Source: a virus
Lineage: Duplodnaviria > Caudoviricetes
Reading direction: 5' to 3' (one strand)
Length of the DNA stretch: 64,000 nt
IMG/VR virus record: IMGVR_UViG_3300032250_000449
Span: 1 to 64,000 of that record
Under the pieces are notes generated by a model, which was not told where the DNA came from, made no database searches, and saw only the letters and a list, made by a program, of their open reading frames with translations. A program made the position numbers and the translations under genes. Below are positions 27,280 through 37,845 of the stretch, piece after piece (position 1 is the first letter of the stretch; every line of letters starts with the position of its first letter).

Positions 27280-27749
27280 GATAATACATCAAAATAATAA
27301 CGATTAAATCTAAAGTTTACTGTTGATGTTGCGTATTGAATTTCTGGTAGAGTACTATCAAACTCAATAGGAGATAGTGAAGTTGGAAATACATCTGTAA
27401 ATCTTACATGAATTTGTGGCTGTAGGTTATTACTGAGAATGTAAACAGAACAATCAGCTTTGGTATTTTTATATTGTTCAAGATTATCTGGGTGTCCAAG
27501 GTTTGTTATCCAATTAAAAATTTCAAGATAATCCGCCATTTTCTCTCCCACTATAAACTTGATAGAGAGTTCATCATATGTTATGTTACCAGCATTAAAA
27601 TATGGAACAAACGGTGTTGGGTTTGATATGGCTCCTAGATTGATACCCGGTATCATAACAGTCTGTGCACGATATTCTAACTCGGGTGTTATGCTTAGTT
27701 TGAATCTAAAATTCAGTTGCGATAAATTATTTTGATCTGGGGTAAACAT
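27276..27749 (-). CDS. 3: Tail tube terminator / tail completion protein
   Basis: N.LS...F.F, IPGI.LG, F.V.E.M.DY.EI.NWI, F.D.FP.SLS; late promoter at 27822-27829. Confidence 0.85.
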   Translation of the reverse strand: MFTPDQNNLSQLNFRFKLSITPELEYRAQTVMIPGINLGAISNPTPFVPYFNAGNITYDELSIKFIVGEKMADYLEIFNWITNLGHPDNLEQYKNTKADCSVYILSNNLQPQIHVRFTDVFPTSLSPIEFDSTLPEIQYATSTVNFRFNRYYFDVLS

Positions 27750-27854
27750 TTTGTATTTTTCCTCTTGACTCTTCAGTTCTGGATTGATATAATCCATATG
27801 TTGGTATGAAATATTATATAGTATTTATAGAGAATCTTTATAAAGGAAACAAAG

Positions 27855-28040
27855 ATGATTCGAATTGAAAGACTAAGAGACACAGGTAACTGGACTACAA
27901 TGAGTACATGTTCAAGTGCTAGTAACTCTTTAATCAACAGTCTAATGGAAAGAGTTGCCAAACAGAAAATGAATGGTTATACCAATCGTGTTAGAGCTAT
28001 AGATGATTCGGGTAATCTGATCAACTTCTATAGTGGATAA
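27855..28040 (+). CDS. Hypothetical protein
   Basis: AAGGA RBS. Confidence 0.55.
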   Translation: MIRIERLRDTGNWTTMSTCSSASNSLINSLMERVAKQKMNGYTNRVRAIDDSGNLINFYSG

Positions 28041-28064
28041 TTGACTTTTTGTAAAGGAAATAAA

Positions 28065-28403
28065 ATGACTGAAAAGATTCGTTTCTCTGAATATGTGCGT
28101 CAACAGGTAGTAGAAGGAAATTTCTACGCTGCAAGGCCATATCGTTGGCATACTGATGGATGGATAGGTTCTGATCATAAATTTAGAATTTATTTTTCTA
28201 AGAAGAAGTTCTGGACAAAAAAGGTTGTAAAGCTTTCTCGCCAAACATCTGAACATCGTTTCACATACATCAATCTAACTGAAGATGAACAGAATATGCT
28301 TTGGGATATTCAGTATATTGCTGTCAAGCTTTACGAGGAAGCACAGAAGAAAAGTGACGAAGAACGCAAGAAAAAACTTGAAAAGTTGGAATGGTGGCCA
28401 TGA
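28065..28403 (+). CDS. Hypothetical protein
   Basis: AAGGA RBS before MTEKIR. Confidence 0.6.
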   Translation: MTEKIRFSEYVRQQVVEGNFYAARPYRWHTDGWIGSDHKFRIYFSKKKFWTKKVVKLSRQTSEHRFTYINLTEDEQNMLWDIQYIAVKLYEEAQKKSDEERKKKLEKLEWWP

Positions 28404-28576
28404 TCACTGATGGTGAATGGGTTTGTTCTCGTTGTATGGATTATAGGTCTGTATGTCAACTATGTGAAGGCATGGGTGAAGCCCTTATTCGTACACCACA
28501 ATGGATTAAAGATGAAGAAAAAAAGTTGACTGAAAGGATGACTAATCTTGATCCACATTTTCCTTTATATTACTAA
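28400..28576 (+). CDS. Small Cys-rich hypothetical protein
   Basis: ATGA overlap; CSRC..CQLC. Confidence 0.5.
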   Translation: MITDGEWVCSRCMDYRSVCQLCEGMGEALIRTPQWIKDEEKKLTERMTNLDPHFPLYY

Positions 28577-28578
28577 AG

Positions 28579-28605
28579 AAAAAGGGGAGAGGTTTCCCTC
28601 TCCCC
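28579..28605 (-). terminator. Terminator after major capsid gene
   Basis: GGGGAGAGG-GAAA-CCTCTCCCC-TTTTT. Confidence 0.9.
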
Positions 28606-28635
28606 AAAATCTTTTTGTCCGTAGACAACCTTAAC

Positions 28636-30018
28636 TCACATAAGATTGTTTACAAGGATACGACGATAATACTGGTTAGTATCTTCAGCAATAGTACCAG
28701 CGCCTGTATCGGTTAGACCACGTGCGAATGGGTTGGCTACCATACCATAACGTGTCTTGAAACCAATCTTTGGCTGGAATGTATCAGCGTTAACTGCACG
28801 AACCATTTGTAGTGGAACATATGGGCAGTAGAATAGACCAGCATCAAATGCTGAGCTACCCTTATAACCAACTACAAGGTAGTTAGAACCAGCATATGGG
28901 TCAATATAAACACGAAGACGACCGTTAAGAACACCAGCGAATGTATTACCTGTATCATCAACGTTTAGGTTGTTGCTGTTAAGAGCAGGAGCGTAATCAA
29001 GAACACCAGCCATCTGAAGAGCAGACGCAACGTCTGAAGAACAGATGATGATGTTACCCTTACCACGACGAGTACCCTTAGCGATTGCGTTAGCTTCACG
29101 CTCAACTTGGAACATTAGACCCTTGAACTTTTCAACTGACCAACGACCGTTTGAGTCGGTGTCAAGATCGAAAACGCCCTGAGTTGTTGTACCTTCAGCA
29201 GCACCACGAACAGCAGAAATAACTACTGTACGGATAACTTCACGGTTGATTTCAGCTAGAATTTCTGTTGACAGAATGTTTGAAAGTTCTGTCTCAGCGT
29301 CAAGACCATGAATTGCCTTAAGGTCTTGTGCTAGTTCTAGTGAGTATTCTGCCTTTAGCGCACGGCTCTTAGCAGTTACAGAAACCTTCTCGATTGAGAA
29401 AGCCATTTCTGGGAATACTGCGTTTGCGCCTGAACCTAGACCTTCAGCAGCAGAAGTCTTAATACCACCACCAAAGTTATAAAGGGTATTAGATGCGTTG
29501 CTATTCGCTGATGGATATAGACCAACGTTAAGGTTAGCACCACCAACATCAGTTGCACCACCATAACCAGCATCACTTACTGACATGTTAGCACCACCAC
29601 GACCTGAGAATGCAGTGTTAGCTTCATTGAAGAATGCTTCACCGCCACCTTGTGTAGCATAACGTGCTCTCATTGCGAAGATAAGTCCTGTTGGACCTGT
29701 CATTGGCTGAACGCCGCAGATATCATAAGCAACAAGGTTTGGCATGGCACGACGAACTAGTGAGATAAGAACTGGATCGAATGTATCGATTGAACCTGAT
29801 CCTTCACTTGATGAACCCATTGAGTTGATTGGCGCAGCTTCACTAAGGAAACCTGAACCACCCATACCAACAGAACGTGCTTCACGGATTGCGTTTTCTG
29901 TGTTTTCAAGAACTTGTGCAGTTACCGCACGGCGGTGACTGTCCTTGATTTCTGGAAGATCAGTGTGTTCAAGCACTGGCTTCCACTTGTTTTGAATTTC
30001 TTCTGCTAGATAAGTCAT
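28636..30018 (-). CDS. 23: Major capsid protein
   Basis: DPVLISLVRR.MP, GVQPMTGPTGLIFA, ELAQDLKAIHGLDA, FQPKIGFKTRYG. Confidence 0.98.
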   Translation of the reverse strand: MTYLAEEIQNKWKPVLEHTDLPEIKDSHRRAVTAQVLENTENAIREARSVGMGGSGFLSEAAPINSMGSSSEGSGSIDTFDPVLISLVRRAMPNLVAYDICGVQPMTGPTGLIFAMRARYATQGGGEAFFNEANTAFSGRGGANMSVSDAGYGGATDVGGANLNVGLYPSANSNASNTLYNFGGGIKTSAAEGLGSGANAVFPEMAFSIEKVSVTAKSRALKAEYSLELAQDLKAIHGLDAETELSNILSTEILAEINREVIRTVVISAVRGAAEGTTTQGVFDLDTDSNGRWSVEKFKGLMFQVEREANAIAKGTRRGKGNIIICSSDVASALQMAGVLDYAPALNSNNLNVDDTGNTFAGVLNGRLRVYIDPYAGSNYLVVGYKGSSAFDAGLFYCPYVPLQMVRAVNADTFQPKIGFKTRYGMVANPFARGLTDTGAGTIAEDTNQYYRRILVNNLM

Positions 30019-30066
30019 TTTTTTCTTCTCCCTTGAGTATTTTTTAAAAGCTTGTTTCAGCTATTA

Positions 30067-30074
30067 TATTTATA
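30067..30074 (-). promoter_or_regulatory. Late promoter TATAAATA (gene 23)
   Basis: Exact consensus in intergenic gap. Confidence 0.85.
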
Positions 30075-30087
30075 AAAACTTAGTTTT

Positions 30088-31203
30088 TCACTTTACAGAC
30101 TTAGAAATTGCTTTCATGTAGTGCTGCATGTGAGCAGGAACGGTGGTTGTTTTATCATCTTCACCTATTTCACCATCGATTTCTTCAGTAATAAATCCTG
30201 TTGTCTTTGGTGTCTTTTTACCTGAAATATTTTCTTTAAGAATTGTTAGTTTTCTGTTATATGTTTGAGCATCAGTAAATTCGATGCCTTCAGCAAGTGT
30301 ACGAAGCTTTTCTGCTTGAATTACAGAAAGTCCTTCTGAAATTTCGTCCAAAGCAGCTTCACGAGTCGCTTCATCGATGATTGCTTGTAGTTCAAGCTTT
30401 TCATCAAGTGTTTCGTTTAGCTTAAACTTAATTTCTTCAAGTTCAGACTTCATTTCAGCTACTAGATCAATCTTTTCATCTGGAACACGAATATAATGCT
30501 CTGAGAATAGACCATGTAGACCTTCAATAAAATCTTCAGCAATTTCAGCACGTAGTGAATTTTCTACTGCAAGCTTGTTTTCTTCAAGCCATTCTTTAAT
30601 TGCGTATTCAAGATATTGATCAAGCTTTTCTGTAAGATTTTCAAAAATTTGTGATGATTCTTCTTGAAGTTTTGTTTCAAACTCTTCTTCAAGAATAGCA
30701 ACAGTTTCTTCGAATTCCTCTTGTAGCTGAGCTTCCTTTAGAGTTGCACGAACATTTAGAGCAGCTTCAAAAATTGTGCTTGCCTTTTCTTTAAATTCTT
30801 CAGAAAGATCATTATCTGAAAAAATTTCATCCATGTCTTCTTTAACAGCACCACCAGTTGCAGCAGATGGCTTAGTCTGAATTGTTGCAAGGTTTTGCTG
30901 AGAATTATCTACAGCACCGGGTGCTTGATTTGGACCAAACTGTGCTTGCACTTGATTAAATAAATCAGATAAATCTTCTTTACCTAGCTGTGCTAAGAGT
31001 TGTGTAAATGTTGAAAGCATCTGTGCCTTTGATTCTGTACCACCTGAACCAGCACCCGGTTTAAGAGTGTCAGCAGCAGTGCCCTCAGTTACGTTGATAA
31101 TGATTTCTTGACTTGCTTCGTCTAGGTCATTGAACTCATCTTCAGTAAGATTTTGAGCAAATTCTAGAATTTCAGCTTCAGTCATAGTCTTTAGATCGAC
31201 CAT
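30088..31203 (-). CDS. 22: Prohead scaffolding/core protein
   Basis: LSEEFKEKA.TIFEAA, LD.YL.Y...EW..EN.LA; synteny. Confidence 0.93.
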   Translation of the reverse strand: MVDLKTMTEAEILEFAQNLTEDEFNDLDEASQEIIINVTEGTAADTLKPGAGSGGTESKAQMLSTFTQLLAQLGKEDLSDLFNQVQAQFGPNQAPGAVDNSQQNLATIQTKPSAATGGAVKEDMDEIFSDNDLSEEFKEKASTIFEAALNVRATLKEAQLQEEFEETVAILEEEFETKLQEESSQIFENLTEKLDQYLEYAIKEWLEENKLAVENSLRAEIAEDFIEGLHGLFSEHYIRVPDEKIDLVAEMKSELEEIKFKLNETLDEKLELQAIIDEATREAALDEISEGLSVIQAEKLRTLAEGIEFTDAQTYNRKLTILKENISGKKTPKTTGFITEEIDGEIGEDDKTTTVPAHMQHYMKAISKSVK

Positions 31204-31236
31204 ATTTTACTCCCTTTGTGTAGTTTATAGTATTTA

Positions 31237-31914
31237 TTAAAATTTGATTTTTGACATATTTTCCAAGTAATTCTTGAAAATCTTCAATTTATTTTCTTCA
31301 TTGAGTGATCTTGACTTAACTGATTGCTCAATTGTCTTTTTGGTTTGCTCAATTAAATCGATGGCTTTCCATCCCATTTTTTCATCATAAATCCAATCTA
31401 CTGATTCCATAACCCCGTTAACAAATGCATTTGGTGCAGAAGGATCAGCAACAATGTCAGCAGCAGTAGCTAGTCTGAAATCATCTTGAACTTCATTAAT
31501 GCCTTCTTTGTTAAGCACTAAAGAACCCATACCACGTGAAGAAACACCAAGACGAGCACCAGATTCAATTAAACCCTTAGCAATATCGCCCATAGGAGTT
31601 TTAGTGATTAGTGCTTTACCAACGTAGGCAGTGCCTTCTTTACGAAGAGAAACAATTCTATGTGAAACACGGTCTAAGTTAATCTGAGGACCATTTGGAT
31701 GGCCTAGCTCACCCAAAGCACTGTTTAATTCAACGCTTTCTTTCATGTAACGAGCAACTTCACGGTCCATGATAGGTTCTGGATAAATACGACCATTACG
31801 GTTCTTAATTGCCGACTCAAGGAAAACCCCTTCAATATAGAGGTTTTTTGTTCCATCTTCTTTTGCTTCTGTAACGTACTTTACGTCTTCAAAAGTTTCT
31901 GTAATAAGTTTCAT
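31237..31914 (-). CDS. 21: Prohead protease
   Basis: NRNGRIY, GELGHP, GVSSRGMGS, DIVADPSAP. Confidence 0.96.
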   Translation of the reverse strand: MKLITETFEDVKYVTEAKEDGTKNLYIEGVFLESAIKNRNGRIYPEPIMDREVARYMKESVELNSALGELGHPNGPQINLDRVSHRIVSLRKEGTAYVGKALITKTPMGDIAKGLIESGARLGVSSRGMGSLVLNKEGINEVQDDFRLATAADIVADPSAPNAFVNGVMESVDWIYDEKMGWKAIDLIEQTKKTIEQSVKSRSLNEENKLKIFKNYLENMSKIKF

Positions 31915-31925
31915 TTAATTACCCC

Positions 31926-32318
31926 TTAATTCTGGAAGTATTGAGAGTTAGCGGTTAGGTTTCCAACCTTCTGCACTTCAAGGAAACAATAGGCATTATT
32001 TGTACCAACAAATCTAATACCAAGATTTGCTGATTGATCTACAGTAAGAGCCATACCAGCACCAGCAAAATCAACGTATGTTGAAGTATCAACCGCCATG
32101 ACAAGATTAGCACCTCTATATACAGCAAGACCACCATCAGCGGCACTACCATCATGACCAAAATAAAGCTGAGTAATGTAAGCACCTGTTAGTACTTCAT
32201 CACCAAGTGCAATTGCGCTTACAGTACTATTACCCGCCATAGTGAGTGTTGTATTTGAATTTGTCACATGAATACTGGCAGAAGTACCTTTTTTATTTGA
32301 TGTAATAGTTACAGCCAT
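31926..32318 (-). CDS. Hypothetical virion protein
   Basis: In head operon; TAATG coupling. Confidence 0.7.
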   Translation of the reverse strand: MAVTITSNKKGTSASIHVTNSNTTLTMAGNSTVSAIALGDEVLTGAYITQLYFGHDGSAADGGLAVYRGANLVMAVDTSTYVDFAGAGMALTVDQSANLGIRFVGTNNAYCFLEVQKVGNLTANSQYFQN

Positions 32319-33148
32319 TATTCACCCCTACTATTTTCTATAGCGAAGTCGATAAGCTGATTAATGCCTTCGAAATCTTCGCATGTGTCAATCATTTTAA
32401 ATTGGTTGTCTTCATTTAGATTCGTGAATAGTGAGAATAGAAGTGCAATATGACTTTCTGAAAGACCATCAAGTTTCTTGGCAAGACGCTGTTCCATAGT
32501 AAGTGGCTTGATATCTGCTACTTCTGGCATGTACTTTTCGATAGTACGATTGATGATATCTTCTTTGGTGAATGAAGATGACATGACATTCTTATTTCTA
32601 GGAAGTTTATTATCTGGCTTTCTATTGATCAAAGGCTTACCAGCATTATTGTCAGATGGCTTTCTATTGATCAAAGGCTTACCAGCATTATTGTCAGGTT
32701 CGACTGCTTCATTCATGCCACGAGACTTTTGAACTCTCTGATAAAGAGTATCACCATGTTCATCACGAGGAACTGGATCATTCTTAGCCTTTGGTTTAGT
32801 TGCCTTCTGGAATGGCTTTTCACCTTCTGGATACTTGGCTGTGTCACCATAACTATATTTGTATGTTCTCATTTCTTTTTTTGGCTTAGCAAATAACTTA
32901 TCAATAATGCCTTCATCAAACATGTCTTCTTCGTATACTTTTTTATCATTGCTATCATCGTAACCATAGCGTGTCTTTTTACGATCAACAGGCTTGATAT
33001 TTGTTGCCTTGAATACATCATCGCCATTGGCTTTACCATTGACTTCATTACGATCTGGGTTTTCGGTAGTCACGTGCTTATTAACGAATTTCTCTTCGTC
33101 TGGTGATTTTGGCGTGAATAACTCAAACATTCTTTTAAGCGTACTCAT
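32318..33148 (-). CDS. Prohead core/internal protein-like (gp68 position)
   Basis: Charged; several hydrophobic-X-E gp21-type sites; position. Confidence 0.6.
   Translation of the reverse strand: MSTLKRMFELFTPKSPDEEKFVNKHVTTENPDRNEVNGKANGDDVFKATNIKPVDRKKTRYGYDDSNDKKVYEEDMFDEGIIDKLFAKPKKEMRTYKYSYGDTAKYPEGEKPFQKATKPKAKNDPVPRDEHGDTLYQRVQKSRGMNEAVEPDNNAGKPLINRKPSDNNAGKPLINRKPDNKLPRNKNVMSSSFTKEDIINRTIEKYMPEVADIKPLTMEQRLAKKLDGLSESHIALLFSLFTNLNEDNQFKMIDTCEDFEGINQLIDFAIENSRGE
32615..32697. repeat. In-frame tandem duplication, 41 identical bp, 42-bp period (DNNAGKPLINRKP x2)
   Basis: Direct comparison. Confidence 0.9.
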
Positions 33149-33413
33149 CTGTTCCGTCCTTTGTGTCTAAATCTAAATCGTCTAGGTCCAGATCAATATC
33201 ATCTAAATCAAGATCATCGATATCTATAGTATCGTCATTATCAGTTTCGTTATCTTCTTCTGGTGTTTCACCATAAATGCTATTTGCTAATTCAATCTTT
33301 TTATTTTCCAGCGCATCGACTGCCTTTTGACGTAATAGAGTGTCTAATACGTCAGCAAAGTCAACAGGATTTTTATCAATTGCTAGACCAATTAAATCAG
33401 TAGTATTTGTCAT
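33135..33413 (-). CDS. Prohead core protein gp67-like
   Basis: Small, acidic C-tail, directly after portal; GATAAATA at 33444-33451. Confidence 0.65.
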   Translation of the reverse strand: MTNTTDLIGLAIDKNPVDFADVLDTLLRQKAVDALENKKIELANSIYGETPEEDNETDNDDTIDIDDLDLDDIDLDLDDLDLDTKDGTDEYA

Positions 33414-33449
33414 AAAATTTTTCCTTTTAGTCAATCTATTATATATTTA

Positions 33450-35036
33450 TCACTTTTTATTATTTGAAGGATCGTTAGGATTTTTATCTCCATCACCTTC
33501 TACTGGCTCAGCATTTGGGTCTTGACCGTCTTGCATTTGCATCTCTGGTGGATTATATTGAGGATTTTGCATCTCAGCTATAATCTGCTCATCAATTTCT
33601 TCTATTTCTTCGTCTGACTGTCTTAGAACCTTACGCCTAATCCATTCATGTGAATAATACTTACCAGCAAATGCCTCAATTTGTTGTAGGGTGTTTATAC
33701 GACCAGCCAAAATTTCTGCTTCTTTCAACTCAGCAAAGTAATTGTCTTGAGCAAATTTAAAGCGAATTCTATTATTAATTTGATTCCATTCTTCAGGAGT
33801 GATAATACCCTTCAGAATAAGTTGGCGTTCAAGAATTTTTGTAAAAAGTATTGAAAACTTTATGCGAAGTCTGTTAATAAATTTTGCAAACTTTACTTCA
33901 TCACGTGTGATTTCAGTTGCTCTACCAAAGTTAAACTGTGCTTCTGGATCAAGACGACTGATTGGAACATTCAATGATTTATAAAGTTTCTTTTGGAAGT
34001 AAATAACATCGTCCATCTGACCAAGGTTTTGTCCACCGGGAAGAGTTGTTATTTCTGTTCCTTTACCACCTTCACGGCGAGGAAGCCAAAAATCTTCTAG
34101 CATGGTCATGAATTTACGATCATCTCTGATTTCGCCTGTGGCGCTATCATAGACTAATTTGTTCTTGAACTTGGTCATGATATCACGTAGGTACTGCTCA
34201 GCCTTCATCTTAGGAAGGTTGCCTACGTCAATGTAGAAAATACGGCGTTCTGGTGCACGGCTGATACGATAAATTACCAGCGAATCTTCCATGGAACGAA
34301 GTTGGTTGAGAGGCTTGATTGCCTTGTGGAGATATGACTGTACTAAATCTCCGTTTAATGATGTTATACCTGAAGTACACTGTACTATAGAATCTTTAGC
34401 AATCTTAAGACCGCCAATACTATTTGTTGGTAGAGAAGCATTACCAGAAGTTTTCGCAAACCCTTTATCATTATAGATAAAGTATTCTTTATTCGTCTGA
34501 TTAGCCATCTGATTATCTTCAAGCTTTTTTCTTCTTACTTCACGAACCTTACGAATTTTACGTGGATCGATATATCGAAGTTCTTGAATACCAAGATTTT
34601 GTGCTTTTTCATCAATAATTGCATGGTAGTATAGTCTACCGTCAACATACCAGCGGCGAAATATTTCATATGATAATTGATTAAATTCAAGAAGATTGAG
34701 AACTTCTTTAAACTCTTCTACAAAAATTTTCTTGACTTTATCTGGTAGTTCTTCTATATCATCAAGAATAAGTTCAACGGGTTCTGTTTCTGGTTCTTGT
34801 GTAATAACTTCATTAACGATATCATCAATAGCCATGTCAACTTCAGGATGCATTGACATTTCACGGTACTTATTAACGAGTTCTGCTTCGGTTCTAATAG
34901 AACCGTCTAGATCAACATAAGTGCCAAAAACACCACCTTCTGCTACAACAACGGCCCCATCGTCTGTTTGCTTTGGAGCAAAAGAGATGGGTTCCGGTGT
35001 CTTTTTCTTTATTTCAAAACCAAATAATTCAGCCAC
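33450..35036 (-). CDS. 20: Portal protein
   Basis: LFGF, RRWYVDGR, YRISRAPERRIFYIDVGN, EDFWLPRREGGKGTEI. Confidence 0.98.
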   Translation of the reverse strand: MAELFGFEIKKKTPEPISFAPKQTDDGAVVVAEGGVFGTYVDLDGSIRTEAELVNKYREMSMHPEVDMAIDDIVNEVITQEPETEPVELILDDIEELPDKVKKIFVEEFKEVLNLLEFNQLSYEIFRRWYVDGRLYYHAIIDEKAQNLGIQELRYIDPRKIRKVREVRRKKLEDNQMANQTNKEYFIYNDKGFAKTSGNASLPTNSIGGLKIAKDSIVQCTSGITSLNGDLVQSYLHKAIKPLNQLRSMEDSLVIYRISRAPERRIFYIDVGNLPKMKAEQYLRDIMTKFKNKLVYDSATGEIRDDRKFMTMLEDFWLPRREGGKGTEITTLPGGQNLGQMDDVIYFQKKLYKSLNVPISRLDPEAQFNFGRATEITRDEVKFAKFINRLRIKFSILFTKILERQLILKGIITPEEWNQINNRIRFKFAQDNYFAELKEAEILAGRINTLQQIEAFAGKYYSHEWIRRKVLRQSDEEIEEIDEQIIAEMQNPQYNPPEMQMQDGQDPNAEPVEGDGDKNPNDPSNNKK

Positions 35037-35055
35037 ATTATATCCTTATATTCAA

Positions 35056-35604
35056 TTAACTAAGTTGAGCCGGTCCACCAGATATGGTATAATAATCATA
35101 TGCAAAAGTTACTTGGAATCTTTCAATTTCATCAGTTCTGTTCCAATCAAGATCGATTGCAGAAATTTCTACTGGAAATAAACCAATAAAATTATATTGG
35201 CGTAGAATTTCTGTTTCTGATGACTTACCATATTGTAGAACTTGTGCATTTTGTTTATATCTGGAAGGATTAGAACCACCACCGGTATTCATAAGATTAC
35301 CAGCAAGTGAATTTATTCTATTGTGCCATTCTTCCATTGCATGACGAATTTGAAAACTTTCGTCATTGATGATATTTACCTGCCAAGCATCAAAAGTTCT
35401 GTCGCCAGCAACTATCATCTTACGTCCCATATAAGGAACTTCAATTCTACCAAGATTTGATGCTGGTAGTGTAGTTGATTCAATCATAAAACTAGTTATT
35501 GTATTTATGCCGGGATTAAATGGAGTTGCTAAGTCTACTCTGAAAAGAGTAGGACGAGCGCCACCACCAACCAGTTTTTGCGAAAAACTATTTATATCAA
35601 ACAT
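35056..35604 (-). CDS. 19: Tail tube protein
   Basis: GGARP.LF.V, LP.S.LG.I.VPY.GR...AGDRTF, F.VTFAYDY; late promoter at 35626-35633. Confidence 0.95.
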   Translation of the reverse strand: MFDINSFSQKLVGGGARPTLFRVDLATPFNPGINTITSFMIESTTLPASNLGRIEVPYMGRKMIVAGDRTFDAWQVNIINDESFQIRHAMEEWHNRINSLAGNLMNTGGGSNPSRYKQNAQVLQYGKSSETEILRQYNFIGLFPVEISAIDLDWNRTDEIERFQVTFAYDYYTISGGPAQLS

Positions 35605-35637
35605 TTCTTATGTTCTCCTTTATCTTATTTATACCGA

Positions 35638-37782
35638 TTAACCAACAATCTCAGAGAACTCAATGCCACTTCTAACAGCAACAAAGTTAAGCTGAATGTA
35701 GTTGATTGAACGTGCTGGCTTTACGTAAATATCGCCAACAAAACGATTGCTATCAATTACCTGTGCTGTATTGTTGCTCTCATCACATACAACCTTGAAG
35801 TCATAGATACCACGACGACCTTGAACTTCTCTTAGGAAAGGTTCAACAAGATTACGGAATTGTGCACGAGTGAATTCGTCGTTGAATTCAAACATTGATG
35901 ATTGTGCAGCATTAGAAATTGTTTTTTCAAGAACAATGAATAGTCTGCGAACATTGATACGATCAAACGCACTTGGCTTAGGAAGTAGAGTTTTATCGCC
36001 AAATAGGAATGTTCCTTGACCTTGCTGTGAAATAACAGGGTTGACACCATTCTTGTATAGCAAATCTCTTTGTGCCTTGTTTGGATTGAACGCTAGTCTA
36101 ACAATATTCTTGATTTGACCACGTGTTGTACCAGCGGGTGAATACCATGGATCACGAGTAGCATCTGTACGTACACAAAGACCGGCAATATCACCGTTCA
36201 ATGGAATGTAACGATATACATCATTATACTTGTCATATTGATACTTGTAACCACTATCCATAATTGCATATGATGAATCTCTTACAGAAGTTCTAAATGT
36301 AACAACATCATCAGCAGCAGAAAGTGAATTGTTAACAACATCATCAATATCTGGTGAAACAAATACAACACAGTCCTTACGAACTTCAGCAATATTATCA
36401 ATAACATAGTTTGCTAGTTGTGCTTTATTTGCAACACCACGTGCTTTACCTGTTATAATAAGCGAAACATCAGATTCTTCAGGAGCAACAAATAGATCAT
36501 ATGCTTTTGCTAGATCAGAAAACGCAACACCAGAAGCACCATCTGTCTCGTCCTTATCAGCACCACCAGCAAATGATAGAGTCAGCGGAGAAGGAACTGT
36601 GGTAGAATTTGTGGTCTGAACATTCAATGCAGTATTTGATGCAGCACCAGCACGATCAGCGCCAGCCCAAATATACTGTGAACGACCGTTGATTACGTTC
36701 TTGTAGTAGTTTGATGTTCCGTCTGAAAGTTTAGCATCAGTTGCACGTGATACACCTGAGAATACTTCAAGAACAGAACCCGGTGAATTTGTGAATTGAC
36801 CGTCTTCATCAATTACAACAACATGCATTTCATCTAGTTGTGCAGTATTGCTAGCAGTTTGTGCAGCAGTATTACCGTTTAGAGAAACCCAAGTAGAACG
36901 ACCGGGTGCCGAATCAACTTGTGTGTAATATTCCCAATAACGTGTCACAAATGGTGATGAGAAGTTAGATGCTAGTTTCATTGGCTGATCAAATTTAAAT
37001 GTAATTGATGCAGAACCAGTATTTACACCAGCGTTATTAACTACAAGTAAAGTTTTACCAATAATTTTCAGAGATTGTGTACCAACTGTGCTGTCACCAA
37101 CAACAATATAATCACCAATACTGAACTTATTTGATATAGCAACGGCATTTGAATATGGTGTATTACCAGTAAAGTTTTCTGCACTGCTGTTATATAGATA
37201 AAGTTCACCAGTTGTGTTACCAACATTTAGAGTGAATACTGTGTTTGTACTGTTAAATTTTTCGTCTGATGTTCTAACAGCAACATTAGTTGAATATTGT
37301 GTTGGGTTATCACATACTGATACCTTAAGGCTGTTACCCATTGCACCGGGACAACGAGCAATATAAGTTACTTCTGAACCATTGATAGATGATTGTTTTG
37401 TTGTGAAATCATATTCGTTTAGAATGGTGTATTGTGCACCCGCAGTGATTGTAGCTTGAGTGTTTGCTACACCAAATGCTGATGTTGTTACGCTTGCATT
37501 TGCTGCACGACTAATGTATAGAGCATTAGAATATGATAGGAAGTTAGCAGCAGTGAAGAATGTTTCTGGGTTAATTGATGTTGGTCTACCAAACTTATTA
37601 ACCAGATCGTTTTCAGAAGTTACAAGTGTACGAACACCCACTGGACCCCAACGAAACACACCAGCAAAAGCACCAACTGTGGTGTCTACAGCAGGAGTTA
37701 CTGTTGTAAGATCAATTTCTGAAATGTTGATGCCGGGACTAGTCTGAAAACCACCACCTGAACCAAAATTTTGTACGGCCAT
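35638..37782 (-). CDS. 18: Tail sheath protein
   Basis: SPG...EIDLT, PWYSPAG, FDRINVRRLF, FEFNDEFTR; late promoter at 37827-37834. Confidence 0.97.
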   Translation of the reverse strand: MAVQNFGSGGGFQTSPGINISEIDLTTVTPAVDTTVGAFAGVFRWGPVGVRTLVTSENDLVNKFGRPTSINPETFFTAANFLSYSNALYISRAANASVTTSAFGVANTQATITAGAQYTILNEYDFTTKQSSINGSEVTYIARCPGAMGNSLKVSVCDNPTQYSTNVAVRTSDEKFNSTNTVFTLNVGNTTGELYLYNSSAENFTGNTPYSNAVAISNKFSIGDYIVVGDSTVGTQSLKIIGKTLLVVNNAGVNTGSASITFKFDQPMKLASNFSSPFVTRYWEYYTQVDSAPGRSTWVSLNGNTAAQTASNTAQLDEMHVVVIDEDGQFTNSPGSVLEVFSGVSRATDAKLSDGTSNYYKNVINGRSQYIWAGADRAGAASNTALNVQTTNSTTVPSPLTLSFAGGADKDETDGASGVAFSDLAKAYDLFVAPEESDVSLIITGKARGVANKAQLANYVIDNIAEVRKDCVVFVSPDIDDVVNNSLSAADDVVTFRTSVRDSSYAIMDSGYKYQYDKYNDVYRYIPLNGDIAGLCVRTDATRDPWYSPAGTTRGQIKNIVRLAFNPNKAQRDLLYKNGVNPVISQQGQGTFLFGDKTLLPKPSAFDRINVRRLFIVLEKTISNAAQSSMFEFNDEFTRAQFRNLVEPFLREVQGRRGIYDFKVVCDESNNTAQVIDSNRFVGDIYVKPARSINYIQLNFVAVRSGIEFSEIVG

Positions 37783-37845
37783 TTATATCTCCTTTGAAAG
37801 ATTTTATTGTATGTTCTACATGTTTATATTTATAAAATATCGGAT

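Noticed and set aside
35589-35596. Extra TATAAATA inside the start of gene 19
   Set aside because: It falls in coding sequence (D-I-N-S) and is expected by chance in AT-rich DNA; a better-placed copy lies at 35626-35633.
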